DNA from: Nocardioides sp.
GTDB lineage: Bacteria; Actinomycetota; Actinomycetes; Propionibacteriales; Nocardioidaceae
Direction: 5' to 3'
Assembly (NCBI RefSeq): GCF_044226765.1
Contig: NZ_JBGAGJ010000003.1
Location: 97,045-161,044 of the forward strand
Length of the DNA stretch: 64,000 nucleotides
A model generated the notes under the pieces. The model was given only the letters and a program-made list of their open reading frames with translations. It searched no databases and was not told where the DNA came from. The translations under genes and the position numbers were made by a program. How positions within the stretch are numbered: position 1 is the first letter of the stretch; the number at the start of each line of letters is the position of its first letter. Below, piece by piece: positions 18,657 to 27,615 of the stretch.

Positions 18657-20033
18657 GTGAGGGCGAGCCGGGTCCGCCGTACGGCGATCGGGGCGGTGGC
18701 GCTGCTCGGCCTCGGGCTGGCTGCGGTGGGGTGCAGCGGCGACAGCGAGCCGGCGCCCGGTCCGGCGCCCTCGAGCTCGGCCAGTCCGGCCGTCACCCGC
18801 CTGACGTTCGGCGTCTACGGACCGAAGGCCGAGCTCGCGGCGTTCCAGACGACGGTCGACGAGTGGAACGCGACCTCCGAGGGCCCGGAGGTCGTCCTGA
18901 AGACCTGGGCCACCCACGAGGCGTTCCGCGAGGCGATGGAGTCGGGAGAGAAGCTGCCCGACGTCTTCCTCGCCTCGCGCACCGACCTGCGCCGCCTGCT
19001 GGACGACCAGCTGACCCAGCCGGTCGACGACCTGCTCGACGACCGCGGCGTCGAGTTCGGCGACGTCTACTCCCGCGACGCCCTCCAGGCCTTCAGCGCC
19101 GACGACCGCCTGCAGTGCATGCCGTACGCCGTCTCGCCGATGGTCGTCTACTACAACACCGACCTCATCGACTTCGACCGGATGCGCCGCCGGGGCCTCG
19201 ACGTGCCCGACCAGGACGCCACCAGCTGGTCGTTCGACCAGTTCGCCGCCGCCGCGCAGTTCTCCAGCCGGGTCTCGCGCGGGACCAAGGGCGTGCACGT
19301 CGACCCGACGCTGCCCGGACTGGCGCCGTTCATCGAGTCCGGCGGCGGCTCGGTCTTCGACGACACCAGCGATCCGACCTCGCTGGCCTTCAGCAGCGAC
19401 GGCTCGAAGGCGGCGCTCGACCGTACGCTCCAGGTGCTTCGTGACCCGAGGCTCACCCCGAGCCAGTCCGAGCTGCAACAGTCCTCGGCGCTGGCCCGCT
19501 TCGAGAAGGGCCAGCTCGGCATGATCGCCGGCTACCGGTCGCTCGTCCCGCGGCTGCGCCGGGTCCCGGGCCTGCAGTGGGACGTGCTGCCGATGCCGGT
19601 GCTCGACAGCGCCGCGACCGTCGGCGACGTCAGCGGGCTGTGCCTGTCCGCCGCCACCGCCAGCACGCCGGACGCGGCCGACTTCCTCGCCGGGGAGATC
19701 TCCGTCGACGCCGTCACCCGGGTGACCCGCACGGGCTACCTGGCCCCGGCCAACCTGGAGGTCGCCCTCAGCGACACGTTCCTGCAGCCGGGCCGGCCGC
19801 CAGAGCACGCGCAGGTGTTCAACTCCTCGGTCCGGTCGATGGACTTCGGGCCGCTCATCGACACCATGGGCGCCCTGGAGGCCGCGGTCGAGCCGCAGCT
19901 GCGGGAGCTGGTCTACGGCACCGGGGTGCTCGACCTGGACGCGGTCACCCAGCAGATCGACGAGATCTCCCAGCCCATTCTGTCGCCGCCCCCGACCCCG
20001 ACGACGTCGGAGTCGGCGAGCCCGAGCTCGTAG
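18657..20033 (+). CDS. ABC transporter substrate-binding lipoprotein (sugar/UgpB-like family)
   Basis: AGGAGG RBS before GTG 18657; lipobox LAAVGC; LPDVF, MPYAVSPMVVYYNTDL, FEKGQLGM. Confidence 0.82.
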   Translation: MRASRVRRTAIGAVALLGLGLAAVGCSGDSEPAPGPAPSSSASPAVTRLTFGVYGPKAELAAFQTTVDEWNATSEGPEVVLKTWATHEAFREAMESGEKLPDVFLASRTDLRRLLDDQLTQPVDDLLDDRGVEFGDVYSRDALQAFSADDRLQCMPYAVSPMVVYYNTDLIDFDRMRRRGLDVPDQDATSWSFDQFAAAAQFSSRVSRGTKGVHVDPTLPGLAPFIESGGGSVFDDTSDPTSLAFSSDGSKAALDRTLQVLRDPRLTPSQSELQQSSALARFEKGQLGMIAGYRSLVPRLRRVPGLQWDVLPMPVLDSAATVGDVSGLCLSAATASTPDAADFLAGEISVDAVTRVTRTGYLAPANLEVALSDTFLQPGRPPEHAQVFNSSVRSMDFGPLIDTMGALEAAVEPQLRELVYGTGVLDLDAVTQQIDEISQPILSPPPTPTTSESASPSS

Positions 20034-20058
20034 CAGGCGTCGCTACGATGGGTGGATC

Positions 20059-21261
20059 ATGACGGCGACGGCGCAGCGGTCCCTCGACAGGCCGGCCCCC
20101 GAGACCCCGAGGGCCGGGCTCCCCGGGACCGAGCTCGACAGGATCGACACCGAGCAGCTCGGGCGCGAGCTCGACGCGATCCGGCAGGAGGTGCTGGACA
20201 GCCGCGGCGAGCGCGACGCGGCGTACATCCGCCGACTCGTCCGCGGGCAGCGGGTCCTCGAGCTGGTCAGCCGTGCCGTGCTGCTCGGCAGCCGCCGCCG
20301 GGTCCCGTGGGTGCTCGGCACGACCGGCCTGGCGCTGGCCAAGATCCTGGAGAACATGGAGATCGGGCACAACGTCCTGCACGGCCAGTGGGACTGGATG
20401 CGCGACCCGAAGATCCACTCGACGACCTGGGAGTGGGACCACACCTCGCCGGCGGTGCAGTGGAAGCGGGCGCACAACGAGACCCACCACCGGTTCACCA
20501 ACGTGCTGGGCAAGGACAACGACCTGGGCTACGGGATCATGCGCGTCGACGAGGCGCAGGAGTGGGCGCCGCGGCACCTCTTCCAGCCGGCCCTGAACTT
20601 CGTCACCGCCTGCGTCTTCGAGTGGGGCATCACCCTGTTCGACCTCGACCTTGGCGACAACCTGGGGGAGAAGCGGCAGCTGACCCCGGAGAAGAAGGCC
20701 GAGGTGAAGGTCGCGCTGGCCAAGGTGCGCCGGCAGCTCACCAAGGACTTCGTGCTCTACCCGGCGCTGTCGGGACGGTCGTGGCGCTCGACCCTCGCGG
20801 CCAACGCGACCGCCAACCTGGTGCGCAACCTGTGGAGCCACTCGGTCATCATGTGCGGCCACTTCCCCGAGGGGGTCTCGACCTTCGAGCAGGCGTCGGT
20901 GCCCGACGACGAGACCCGCGGCCAGTGGTACCTGCGCCAGATGCTCGGCTCCGCCAACATCTCCGGCCCGCGGCTCGTGCACGTGCTGACGGGCAACCTG
21001 TCCCACCAGATCGAGCACCACGTCTTCCCCGACCTGCCGAGCAACCGGTACGCCGAGGTCGCCCCCCGCGTGCGGGCGGTGTTCGCCCGCCACGGCCTGC
21101 CCTACAACTCCCGGCCGCTGGTGCGCCAGGTCGGCAGCGCGTGGCACAAGGTCGTCCGCCTCTCGCTCCCGAACGGCTGGCTGGCCCAGACCAACCGCCG
21201 CAACCTGGTGCCCCAGCTGCGCCGCCTGGTCCAGCCCGCCCCGGTGGCCGCCGGCAGCTAG
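20059..21261 (+). CDS. Membrane fatty acid (acyl-CoA) desaturase, DesA3-like
   Basis: His boxes GHNVLHGQWDW, HNETHH, HQIEHH. Confidence 0.9.
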   Translation: MTATAQRSLDRPAPETPRAGLPGTELDRIDTEQLGRELDAIRQEVLDSRGERDAAYIRRLVRGQRVLELVSRAVLLGSRRRVPWVLGTTGLALAKILENMEIGHNVLHGQWDWMRDPKIHSTTWEWDHTSPAVQWKRAHNETHHRFTNVLGKDNDLGYGIMRVDEAQEWAPRHLFQPALNFVTACVFEWGITLFDLDLGDNLGEKRQLTPEKKAEVKVALAKVRRQLTKDFVLYPALSGRSWRSTLAANATANLVRNLWSHSVIMCGHFPEGVSTFEQASVPDDETRGQWYLRQMLGSANISGPRLVHVLTGNLSHQIEHHVFPDLPSNRYAEVAPRVRAVFARHGLPYNSRPLVRQVGSAWHKVVRLSLPNGWLAQTNRRNLVPQLRRLVQPAPVAAGS

Positions 21262-21301
21262 TCGGGCCGACCCGGTCCGTTCGGGCCGCTGCTGGCGCTG
21301 T

Positions 21302-21385
21302 TTCATCACGGTATGCAGGTGAACCGGCACTCCCCGTGGCGGGCAGGCCGTGGGAAGTGCCGCTTCGTCTGCATACCGTGATGAA
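21302..21385. repeat. Long imperfect inverted repeat
   Basis: TTCATCACGGTATGCAG (21302-21318) / CTGCATACCGTGATGAA (21369-21385) is a perfect 17-bp pair, extended inward by imperfect pairing. Confidence 0.8.
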
Positions 21386-21519
21386 CCTGTTGCGGCGCCC
21401 CCCGCCCGGCACCTCCCCGCCCGGCCGACAACCCCCTGGCAGAGGTTGCCCGAGGATCGCCGGGCGGTCGGCAACTGTCGCCGTGGCCGGTGTCGTCGGG
21501 CGCCGGTTGAATCGTCGCC

Positions 21520-23610
21520 ATGGCGCGGCGGATCCGGATCGGCATCGACACCGGGGGGACCTTCACCGACGTCGTCGCGCTCGACGAGGAGACCGGCGAG
21601 CTGGTGACCACCAAGACGCCGTCGACCCCTGCCAACCCGGCAGACGGGTTCCTCGCGGGCATCGAGAAGGTGCTGGGCCTGCTGGGCGCCACGGGCGCCG
21701 ACGTCGAGGCGGTGAGCCACGGCACGACGGTCGCCACCAACCAGCTGCTCGAGGGCAAGGTCGACCGGCTCGGGTTCATCACCAACACCGGCTACGAGGC
21801 GATGCTCGAGATCGCCCGGCAGTCGGTGCCCGACGGCTACGGCAACTCCTACTTCTGGGTCAAGCCGGACCGGATCGTCCCGCGGCACCTCGTCAAGGGC
21901 GTCGAGGGGCGCCTGGACTTCACCGGAGCCGAGGTCCGTCCCTTCGACGAGGCCGGTGCGCGGTCGGTCGCGCGGTGGTTCCGCGACCAGGGCGTCACCA
22001 CCCTCGGCGTCTGCTTCCTGCACGCCTACGCCGACCCCTGCCACGAGGAGCGGATGCGCGCGATCCTCGCCGAGGAGCACCCCGACGCGGTCGTCTCGGT
22101 CTCCAGCCAGGTCCTGCGTGAGTACCGCGAGTACGAGCGCGCGATGACGACCCTCGTCGACGCGGCCGTCAAGCCACGGCTGTCGGCGTACGTCTCCAAC
22201 ATCAAGTCCCGGCTGTCGGCGCAGTACCGGCCCGACGGTGGCCGCGACATCCCCTTCTACGTCATGAAGTCCAACGGCGGCGTCCTGTCGGCCGACGAGG
22301 TCGTGCACCAGCCGATCACCACCGTCCTCTCGGGCCCCGCGGCGGGCGCGCTCGGTGCGGCGCTCGTCGCCCAGGTCGCGGGCTTCGACCGGGTCCTCAC
22401 CTCCGACGGCGGCGGCACGTCGACCGACGTGAGCGTCGTGATCGGCGGCGAGCCGACGCTGACGACCGAGGGGTCGGTGGGTGCGTTCCCGTCCAAGATC
22501 CCGATGATCGACGTGGTCACCGTCGGTGCCGGCGGTGGCTCGATCGCCTGGCTGTCGCCCGAGGGCACGCTCAAGGTCGGGCCGCAGTCGGCGGGCGCCG
22601 ACCCGGGTCCGATCTGCTACGGCAGGGGCGGCTCGGAGGTGACCATCACCGATGCCCACGTCGTGCTCGGCCGGATCCCTCCGCACCTGCTCGGCGGGGA
22701 GATACCGCTGGACGTGGACGCCGCCCGCGCGGGCGTCGAGGCGCTCGCGGCCCGCCTCGGTCTCGGCGTCGAGGCCTGTGCCGCGGGCGTGCTGGAGATC
22801 TCCGCCTGGAACCAGGCCAACGCGTTGCGCCAGGTCACGGTCAAGCGCGGTCTGGACGTCCGCGACTTCACGCTCACGACCTTCGGCGGGTCGGGCTCGC
22901 TGCTGCTGTGCCGGCTCATGGACGTGCTCGGCGTCCCGACGGTGCTGGTGCCGCCGAACCCCGGCAACGTCTCCGCGTTCGGGCTGCTCACCGTCGACGT
23001 CAAGAACGACTACGTGCAGACCCACGTGGCCCTGGCCGAGCACCTCGACGCGGCCGAGGTCGGCCGCTCCTACGACGCGCTCACCGCCCGGGCCGCCGAG
23101 GCGCTGGCCACCGAGGGGTTCGCGCCCGCCGACCACCAGTTCGTGCGCACCGCGGACCTGCGCTACTTCGGCCAGGCGTTCGAGGTGCGCGTCGCCGTCC
23201 CGCCCGGCGCCCTCGACGACGCCGCGCTGTCCGCGGTCGCCGACGCGTTCCACGCCGAGCACCGGGGTCTCTACGGCTACGACTTCGCCGGTGACCCGAG
23301 CCAGCAGGTCGAGTGGGTCAACCTCCGCGTGTCGGGCATCGGCCCGATCCGGCGCCCCGAGGTCCGGCGGCACCCGGTGGTCGAGCCCGTCCCCGACCCG
23401 GTCCCGACCGGGCGGCGTCCGGTCTGCTTCGACCCCGCCGAGGGGTACGTCGACACGCCCGTGCTGTGGCGGCCTGACCTCGCCCCCGGCGTACGGGTCG
23501 ACGGTCCGGCCGTCATCGAGGAGTTCGGGTCCACGGTGCCGCTGCACCCCGGGTTCACCGTGCGGATGGACGAGCACCTCAACCTGATCGTCACCAGGAG
23601 CGCACCGTGA
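21520..23610 (+). CDS. Hydantoinase/oxoprolinase subunit A
   Basis: GIDTGGTFTD, HGTTVATN, REYER, LSGPAAG, DGGGTSTD, GAGGGSIA, SAGADPGP. Confidence 0.93.
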   Translation: MARRIRIGIDTGGTFTDVVALDEETGELVTTKTPSTPANPADGFLAGIEKVLGLLGATGADVEAVSHGTTVATNQLLEGKVDRLGFITNTGYEAMLEIARQSVPDGYGNSYFWVKPDRIVPRHLVKGVEGRLDFTGAEVRPFDEAGARSVARWFRDQGVTTLGVCFLHAYADPCHEERMRAILAEEHPDAVVSVSSQVLREYREYERAMTTLVDAAVKPRLSAYVSNIKSRLSAQYRPDGGRDIPFYVMKSNGGVLSADEVVHQPITTVLSGPAAGALGAALVAQVAGFDRVLTSDGGGTSTDVSVVIGGEPTLTTEGSVGAFPSKIPMIDVVTVGAGGGSIAWLSPEGTLKVGPQSAGADPGPICYGRGGSEVTITDAHVVLGRIPPHLLGGEIPLDVDAARAGVEALAARLGLGVEACAAGVLEISAWNQANALRQVTVKRGLDVRDFTLTTFGGSGSLLLCRLMDVLGVPTVLVPPNPGNVSAFGLLTVDVKNDYVQTHVALAEHLDAAEVGRSYDALTARAAEALATEGFAPADHQFVRTADLRYFGQAFEVRVAVPPGALDDAALSAVADAFHAEHRGLYGYDFAGDPSQQVEWVNLRVSGIGPIRRPEVRRHPVVEPVPDPVPTGRRPVCFDPAEGYVDTPVLWRPDLAPGVRVDGPAVIEEFGSTVPLHPGFTVRMDEHLNLIVTRSAP

Positions 23611-25550
23611 GCCGCCGCGTCCCGACCCAGTTCCCGTTCGGCTTCCTCACCGACGACGCGGGTGCCGGCGCCGACCCGGTCCTCGTCGAGATCGTCCAGG
23701 GATCGCTGGCCAGCGTCGAGATGGAGGTCGAGACGGCCATCGGCCGCACCAGCCGCAGCCCGATGATCCGCGACGCCCACGACTTCCGGGCCGGCATCCA
23801 CGACCGGCTGCTGCGCAAGCTCACCGGGCGGTCCTACTCCGCGCTCGTGCACCCGGTCGCCCGGGACTTCCCGATCGAGGAGATGCGGGAGGGCGACGTC
23901 TTCTTCCACAATGACGTCTACCGCTCCGAGGGCGGGATCGGCCACCTGCCGGACCTCTGCGTCACCGTGCCCGTGTTCGCGAAGCGGGGCGGAGCGGACC
24001 ATCAGGGGAGCTCGGAGGGCCGGGTGGTGGCGTTCGTGCAGGCGTTCGGCCACCACGACGACATCGGCGGTGCCGTGCCCGGGTCGATGCCCTCGGACGC
24101 GCGCAGCGTCTTCGAGGAGGGGCTGATGGTGCCGCCCATCAAGCTCTGGGACGCCGGCGTGCCCAACCGGGCGGCGCTCGCGATCATGACCCGCAACTCG
24201 CGGATGCCCGAGTCGCTGGCGGCCGACCTCGACGCCGAGTGCTCGGCCTGCCTGATGGGCGCCCGCCGGCTGGGCGAGCTGTTCGACCGCTACGGCGTCG
24301 AGACGGTGGAGTCCTGCTTCGACGCGATCATCAGCCGCACCACGCAGACCTACCGGCGCGAGATCCTCGCCAAGATCCCGGTGGGCAGCTGGGTGTGGGA
24401 GGACTACGCCGAGCACGACGGGGTCGACGAGCCCCGGCTGCACGCCCAGCGGATCACGCTGACCCACACGCCGGCCGACGACCCGGAGGGCGAGCGGCTG
24501 GTCCTGGACTTCGACGGCACCAGCCCGCAGGCCAAGGGTCCGATCAACCACTGCGGCGACCACAGCGACGGCGTCTTCCTCAAGAAGTGGCTCGCGCCGA
24601 TCCTGCGCAACCTCGCCGACAGCCCGGAGCGGATGGCCGAGCTCGACGTCAACGAGGGCGTCGTGCCCCTCATCGAGATGCGCTTCCCCGAGCCCGGGAC
24701 CCTGCTCACCCCGGTGTTCCCCGCCCCGACGAACGCCCGGACCTTCGTGATCCTGCGGCTGCTCGGGGTGCTGGCCGGCGTGGTCGCCAAGGCGGTCGAC
24801 GGCCGGATGCCGGCCGACCAGGAGACGATCCGCTACACCGGGGTGTACGGCGAGGACCGCGACGGCCGGCCGTACCTGATGCGCGAGGTGCTGGGCGGGG
24901 GCTCGGGGGGTCGCTACTACGCGGACGGCGAGGACACCATCCACGTCGTGCCGGACTCGCGGAACCTGCCGACCGAGTTCACCGAGGCGCGGTTCCCGTT
25001 CCGCGTCGAGTCGCTCTCGCTCGCGGTCGACAGCGGCGGAGCCGGGCAGTTCCGCGGCGGGCTCGGCTACGAGAAGCACGTCCGGATGCTCGAGGACGCG
25101 CACTTCATGTCGATCGCGGACCGGTCGATCCTGGCCTGCTGGGGTGTGCGCGGCGGTCGCGCCGGCAAGCCGTTCCAGGTCACGATCGACCCGGGCGGAC
25201 CGGCCGAGCGCGAGGTCGACGCCCTCGCGGACGCCGAACCGGTGCGGGCCGGCGAGGTGATCCGCATCCGCACCACCGGCGGGGGCGGCTGGGGTGACCC
25301 ACTCCAGCGCGACCCGGAGCTGGTCGTGCGCGACGTCGTGTGGCGCAAGGTCTCGCCCGGGGCCGCCCTGGCCGACTACGGCGTGGTGCTCACCGGCTCC
25401 GTGGAGGACGACTCCCTGTCGTACGACGCGGCGGCCACCGCCGCCGAGCGCTCCGCGCGACCCGCGCCGGACCCGGCGTTCTTCGACCGCGGCCCGGGGT
25501 ACGCCCGGCTCGCGGGTGGTGCCTCGCACGCCGACGTGGACACGCTCTGA
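23607..25550 (+). CDS. Hydantoinase B/oxoprolinase family subunit
   Basis: RTSRSPMIRD, GHLPD, HHDDIGGAVPGS, EEGL, DSGGAGQFRGGLG, TGGGGWGDP; GTGA coupling to subunit A. Confidence 0.92.
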   Translation: MSRRVPTQFPFGFLTDDAGAGADPVLVEIVQGSLASVEMEVETAIGRTSRSPMIRDAHDFRAGIHDRLLRKLTGRSYSALVHPVARDFPIEEMREGDVFFHNDVYRSEGGIGHLPDLCVTVPVFAKRGGADHQGSSEGRVVAFVQAFGHHDDIGGAVPGSMPSDARSVFEEGLMVPPIKLWDAGVPNRAALAIMTRNSRMPESLAADLDAECSACLMGARRLGELFDRYGVETVESCFDAIISRTTQTYRREILAKIPVGSWVWEDYAEHDGVDEPRLHAQRITLTHTPADDPEGERLVLDFDGTSPQAKGPINHCGDHSDGVFLKKWLAPILRNLADSPERMAELDVNEGVVPLIEMRFPEPGTLLTPVFPAPTNARTFVILRLLGVLAGVVAKAVDGRMPADQETIRYTGVYGEDRDGRPYLMREVLGGGSGGRYYADGEDTIHVVPDSRNLPTEFTEARFPFRVESLSLAVDSGGAGQFRGGLGYEKHVRMLEDAHFMSIADRSILACWGVRGGRAGKPFQVTIDPGGPAEREVDALADAEPVRAGEVIRIRTTGGGGWGDPLQRDPELVVRDVVWRKVSPGAALADYGVVLTGSVEDDSLSYDAAATAAERSARPAPDPAFFDRGPGYARLAGGASHADVDTL

Positions 25551-25608
25551 CCGGCGGTCGGAGCCGCTAGCCTGGCGCTCGTCGTCGCGACGCGGGAGGA
25601 GCCTGCTG

Positions 25609-26235
25609 GTGACCGAGACCGAGGAGCCGCTGCCCCTGGCGGAGGACCAGGGGGACGGGCCGGGCCTGCTGCGCACGATCGCGCTCACCGACGCCGTGGT
25701 CGCGATCGCGATGACCCTCCTGGTCCTGCCGCTCGTCGAGGTCGCCGGGGAGGTGGACCCCGACGACGTCTGGAGCGTCGTCTCCGAGCGCAGCGACCTC
25801 CTGCTGTCGTTCGTGATCAGCTTCGCCGTCGTCTACGTCTTCTGGGCGGCCCAGGGCACCGCCGTGCGCCGGCTCGAGCGGGCCGGCGTCGAGGCGCCGG
25901 GCTGGCGGGCCCTCAACCTGCTGTGGCTCCTGGTGATCGCGTTCCTCCCGTTCCCGACCGCCCTGGTCGGCCGCGCGGTCACCACCGGCACGGCCGTCTT
26001 CTACATCGGCACGATGTTCGTGCTCTCGCTGCTGACCTCCGCGATCACGGTGGTGGTCGACCGGGAGGTCGGGCCGTCGGGCCGGGCGCGTTGGGGATGG
26101 CTCACGACAGCGGTCTTCGCGGTGTGTGCCGCCATCAGCGCCGTCGACGCCGACGCCGGGCTGCTGGCGCTCCTCGCGCTGCTGCTGCTCAGGGTGATCG
26201 AGGTGTGGTCCGACCGGCACCGGTCGGCCAGGTGA
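25609..26235 (+). CDS. TMEM175 (DUF1211) family channel protein
   Basis: RTIALTDAVVAIAMTLLVL (variant of FSDAVFAIA), SFVISF, FLPFPT; GGAGG RBS. Confidence 0.85.
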   Translation: MTETEEPLPLAEDQGDGPGLLRTIALTDAVVAIAMTLLVLPLVEVAGEVDPDDVWSVVSERSDLLLSFVISFAVVYVFWAAQGTAVRRLERAGVEAPGWRALNLLWLLVIAFLPFPTALVGRAVTTGTAVFYIGTMFVLSLLTSAITVVVDREVGPSGRARWGWLTTAVFAVCAAISAVDADAGLLALLALLLLRVIEVWSDRHRSAR

Positions 26236-26878
26236 TCGGGTCGTTGACGACGACCTCGTAGGTCGCCTCCGACGAGGTCGAGTCACTGGGAACGTCGGTC
26301 GCCTCGGACCGGCCGAGGGGGAGTGCGGACCCCCGCTGCGCCGCGGCCAGGTCGGTCCAGAAGCTGGCGGCCATGACCTCCGCGCGGTCCGGGGCCCACA
26401 GGAGCAGGGCACCGGCGCACGGCAGCAGCGCGTAGCAGCCGGTCAGCGAGGCGCGGAGCGCCTCGACCGCGCCGGTGGCCGGCCCCTCGGCACCGCCCCC
26501 TCGCAGGCTGCGCACCAGCAGGTGGTCGACCTGGCTCATCGTCGACAACCCTCCCAGGCCGTCCTTGAAGCGGCTGAGGACCACCTCGTACGTCCACTGC
26601 CCGTCGAACCGGGCCGAGGACATCCCCACCATGGCCTGCGCGGCACGGGCGCCGAACGGCCGGGACGCCTCCTCCGACTCCGGGCCGTCCCAGAACGCCG
26701 CGCCGCGCAGGACGCTGCGCGCGCGGTCGACGAGCATCAGTAGGCCCAGGTAGCCCGGGAGGTCGCGCACCCGGGGCACGATCAGCTCGCACACGGCCCG
26801 GGCGACCGCCGGGTCGTGCAGGTCTCCGCCGGTCAGCTGCCACAGCCGTGCGACCGGGCGGGTGTCGTCGTCGGTCAT
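26189..26878 (-). CDS. Hypothetical protein with two ABM-like (dimeric alpha-beta barrel) repeats
   Basis: IVPRVRDLPGYLGLLMLVDR..AFWD..S and a second degenerate copy LLLWAPD..ASFWTD; each half ends TYEVV. Confidence 0.55.
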   Translation of the reverse strand: MTDDDTRPVARLWQLTGGDLHDPAVARAVCELIVPRVRDLPGYLGLLMLVDRARSVLRGAAFWDGPESEEASRPFGARAAQAMVGMSSARFDGQWTYEVVLSRFKDGLGGLSTMSQVDHLLVRSLRGGGAEGPATGAVEALRASLTGCYALLPCAGALLLWAPDRAEVMAASFWTDLAAAQRGSALPLGRSEATDVPSDSTSSEATYEVVVNDPITWPTGAGRTTPRSP

Positions 26879-26982
26879 GTCGGTCGACCCCCTGATCCGT
26901 CGACTCTAGGATCCCGGCGGCCCCGGCGGAGCGGCCCGAGGTCCCACGGTCCCAGGACCACGGTCCCGGGACGACGATCCGG

Positions 26983-27525
26983 TCACGACCAGGCGTGGAA
27001 CGACCACCAGCCGAGGAGGACGCCGGCCGCGCCGAGGACGACGTACGCCGCCACCCACCGCCCCGGCCCGGCGCTGCCCTCAGGTCGCCGGGTGCGGGCC
27101 GCGACCCGCTCGGGGCCGGACCAGCCCCAGGGCAGCGAGATGAGGAGCGCCGGCAGCGCCATCAGCACGAACACGATCCCGCAGAACGCCCACCCCCACA
27201 CCACGTCGCCCGAGAAGAGCCCGTAGTCGAGGAAGTTCCAGCCCAGCGAGCCGAACAGCAGCCACCACATCGGGAGCAGCAGGTTCGGCGCGCCGAGTCC
27301 CATCGCCACGCCGGAGCCGATGAACGCGGAGATCAGCATGACCGGGATGCCGAGACCCATGAAGGCACCGACGTGGGCAGGGCAGGGGGTGGCGTAGACG
27401 TAGGGACCACCGGAGCCGCAGCTGCCGCCGATGTCCATCACCGCCCGCATGCTCAAGAACACCCAGGTCATCGTCAGCAGCATCACCAGCACGCTCACGT
27501 AGAGCGTCACCACGCGCACGGACAT
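26983..27525 (-). CDS. Hypothetical multi-pass membrane protein
   Basis: About 5 hydrophobic segments; Cys-bracketed loop GGSCGSGGPYVYATPCP; strong GC3 bias. Confidence 0.7.
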   Translation of the reverse strand: MSVRVVTLYVSVLVMLLTMTWVFLSMRAVMDIGGSCGSGGPYVYATPCPAHVGAFMGLGIPVMLISAFIGSGVAMGLGAPNLLLPMWWLLFGSLGWNFLDYGLFSGDVVWGWAFCGIVFVLMALPALLISLPWGWSGPERVAARTRRPEGSAGPGRWVAAYVVLGAAGVLLGWWSFHAWS

Positions 27526-27615
27526 GCGACGACTCTCGCAGGATTCGGGCAGCACCGGACGTCCACCGGTAGTGGGCTGGACCGGCGGCCCGGCGGCGTG
27601 TGCCACGCTACGCGC

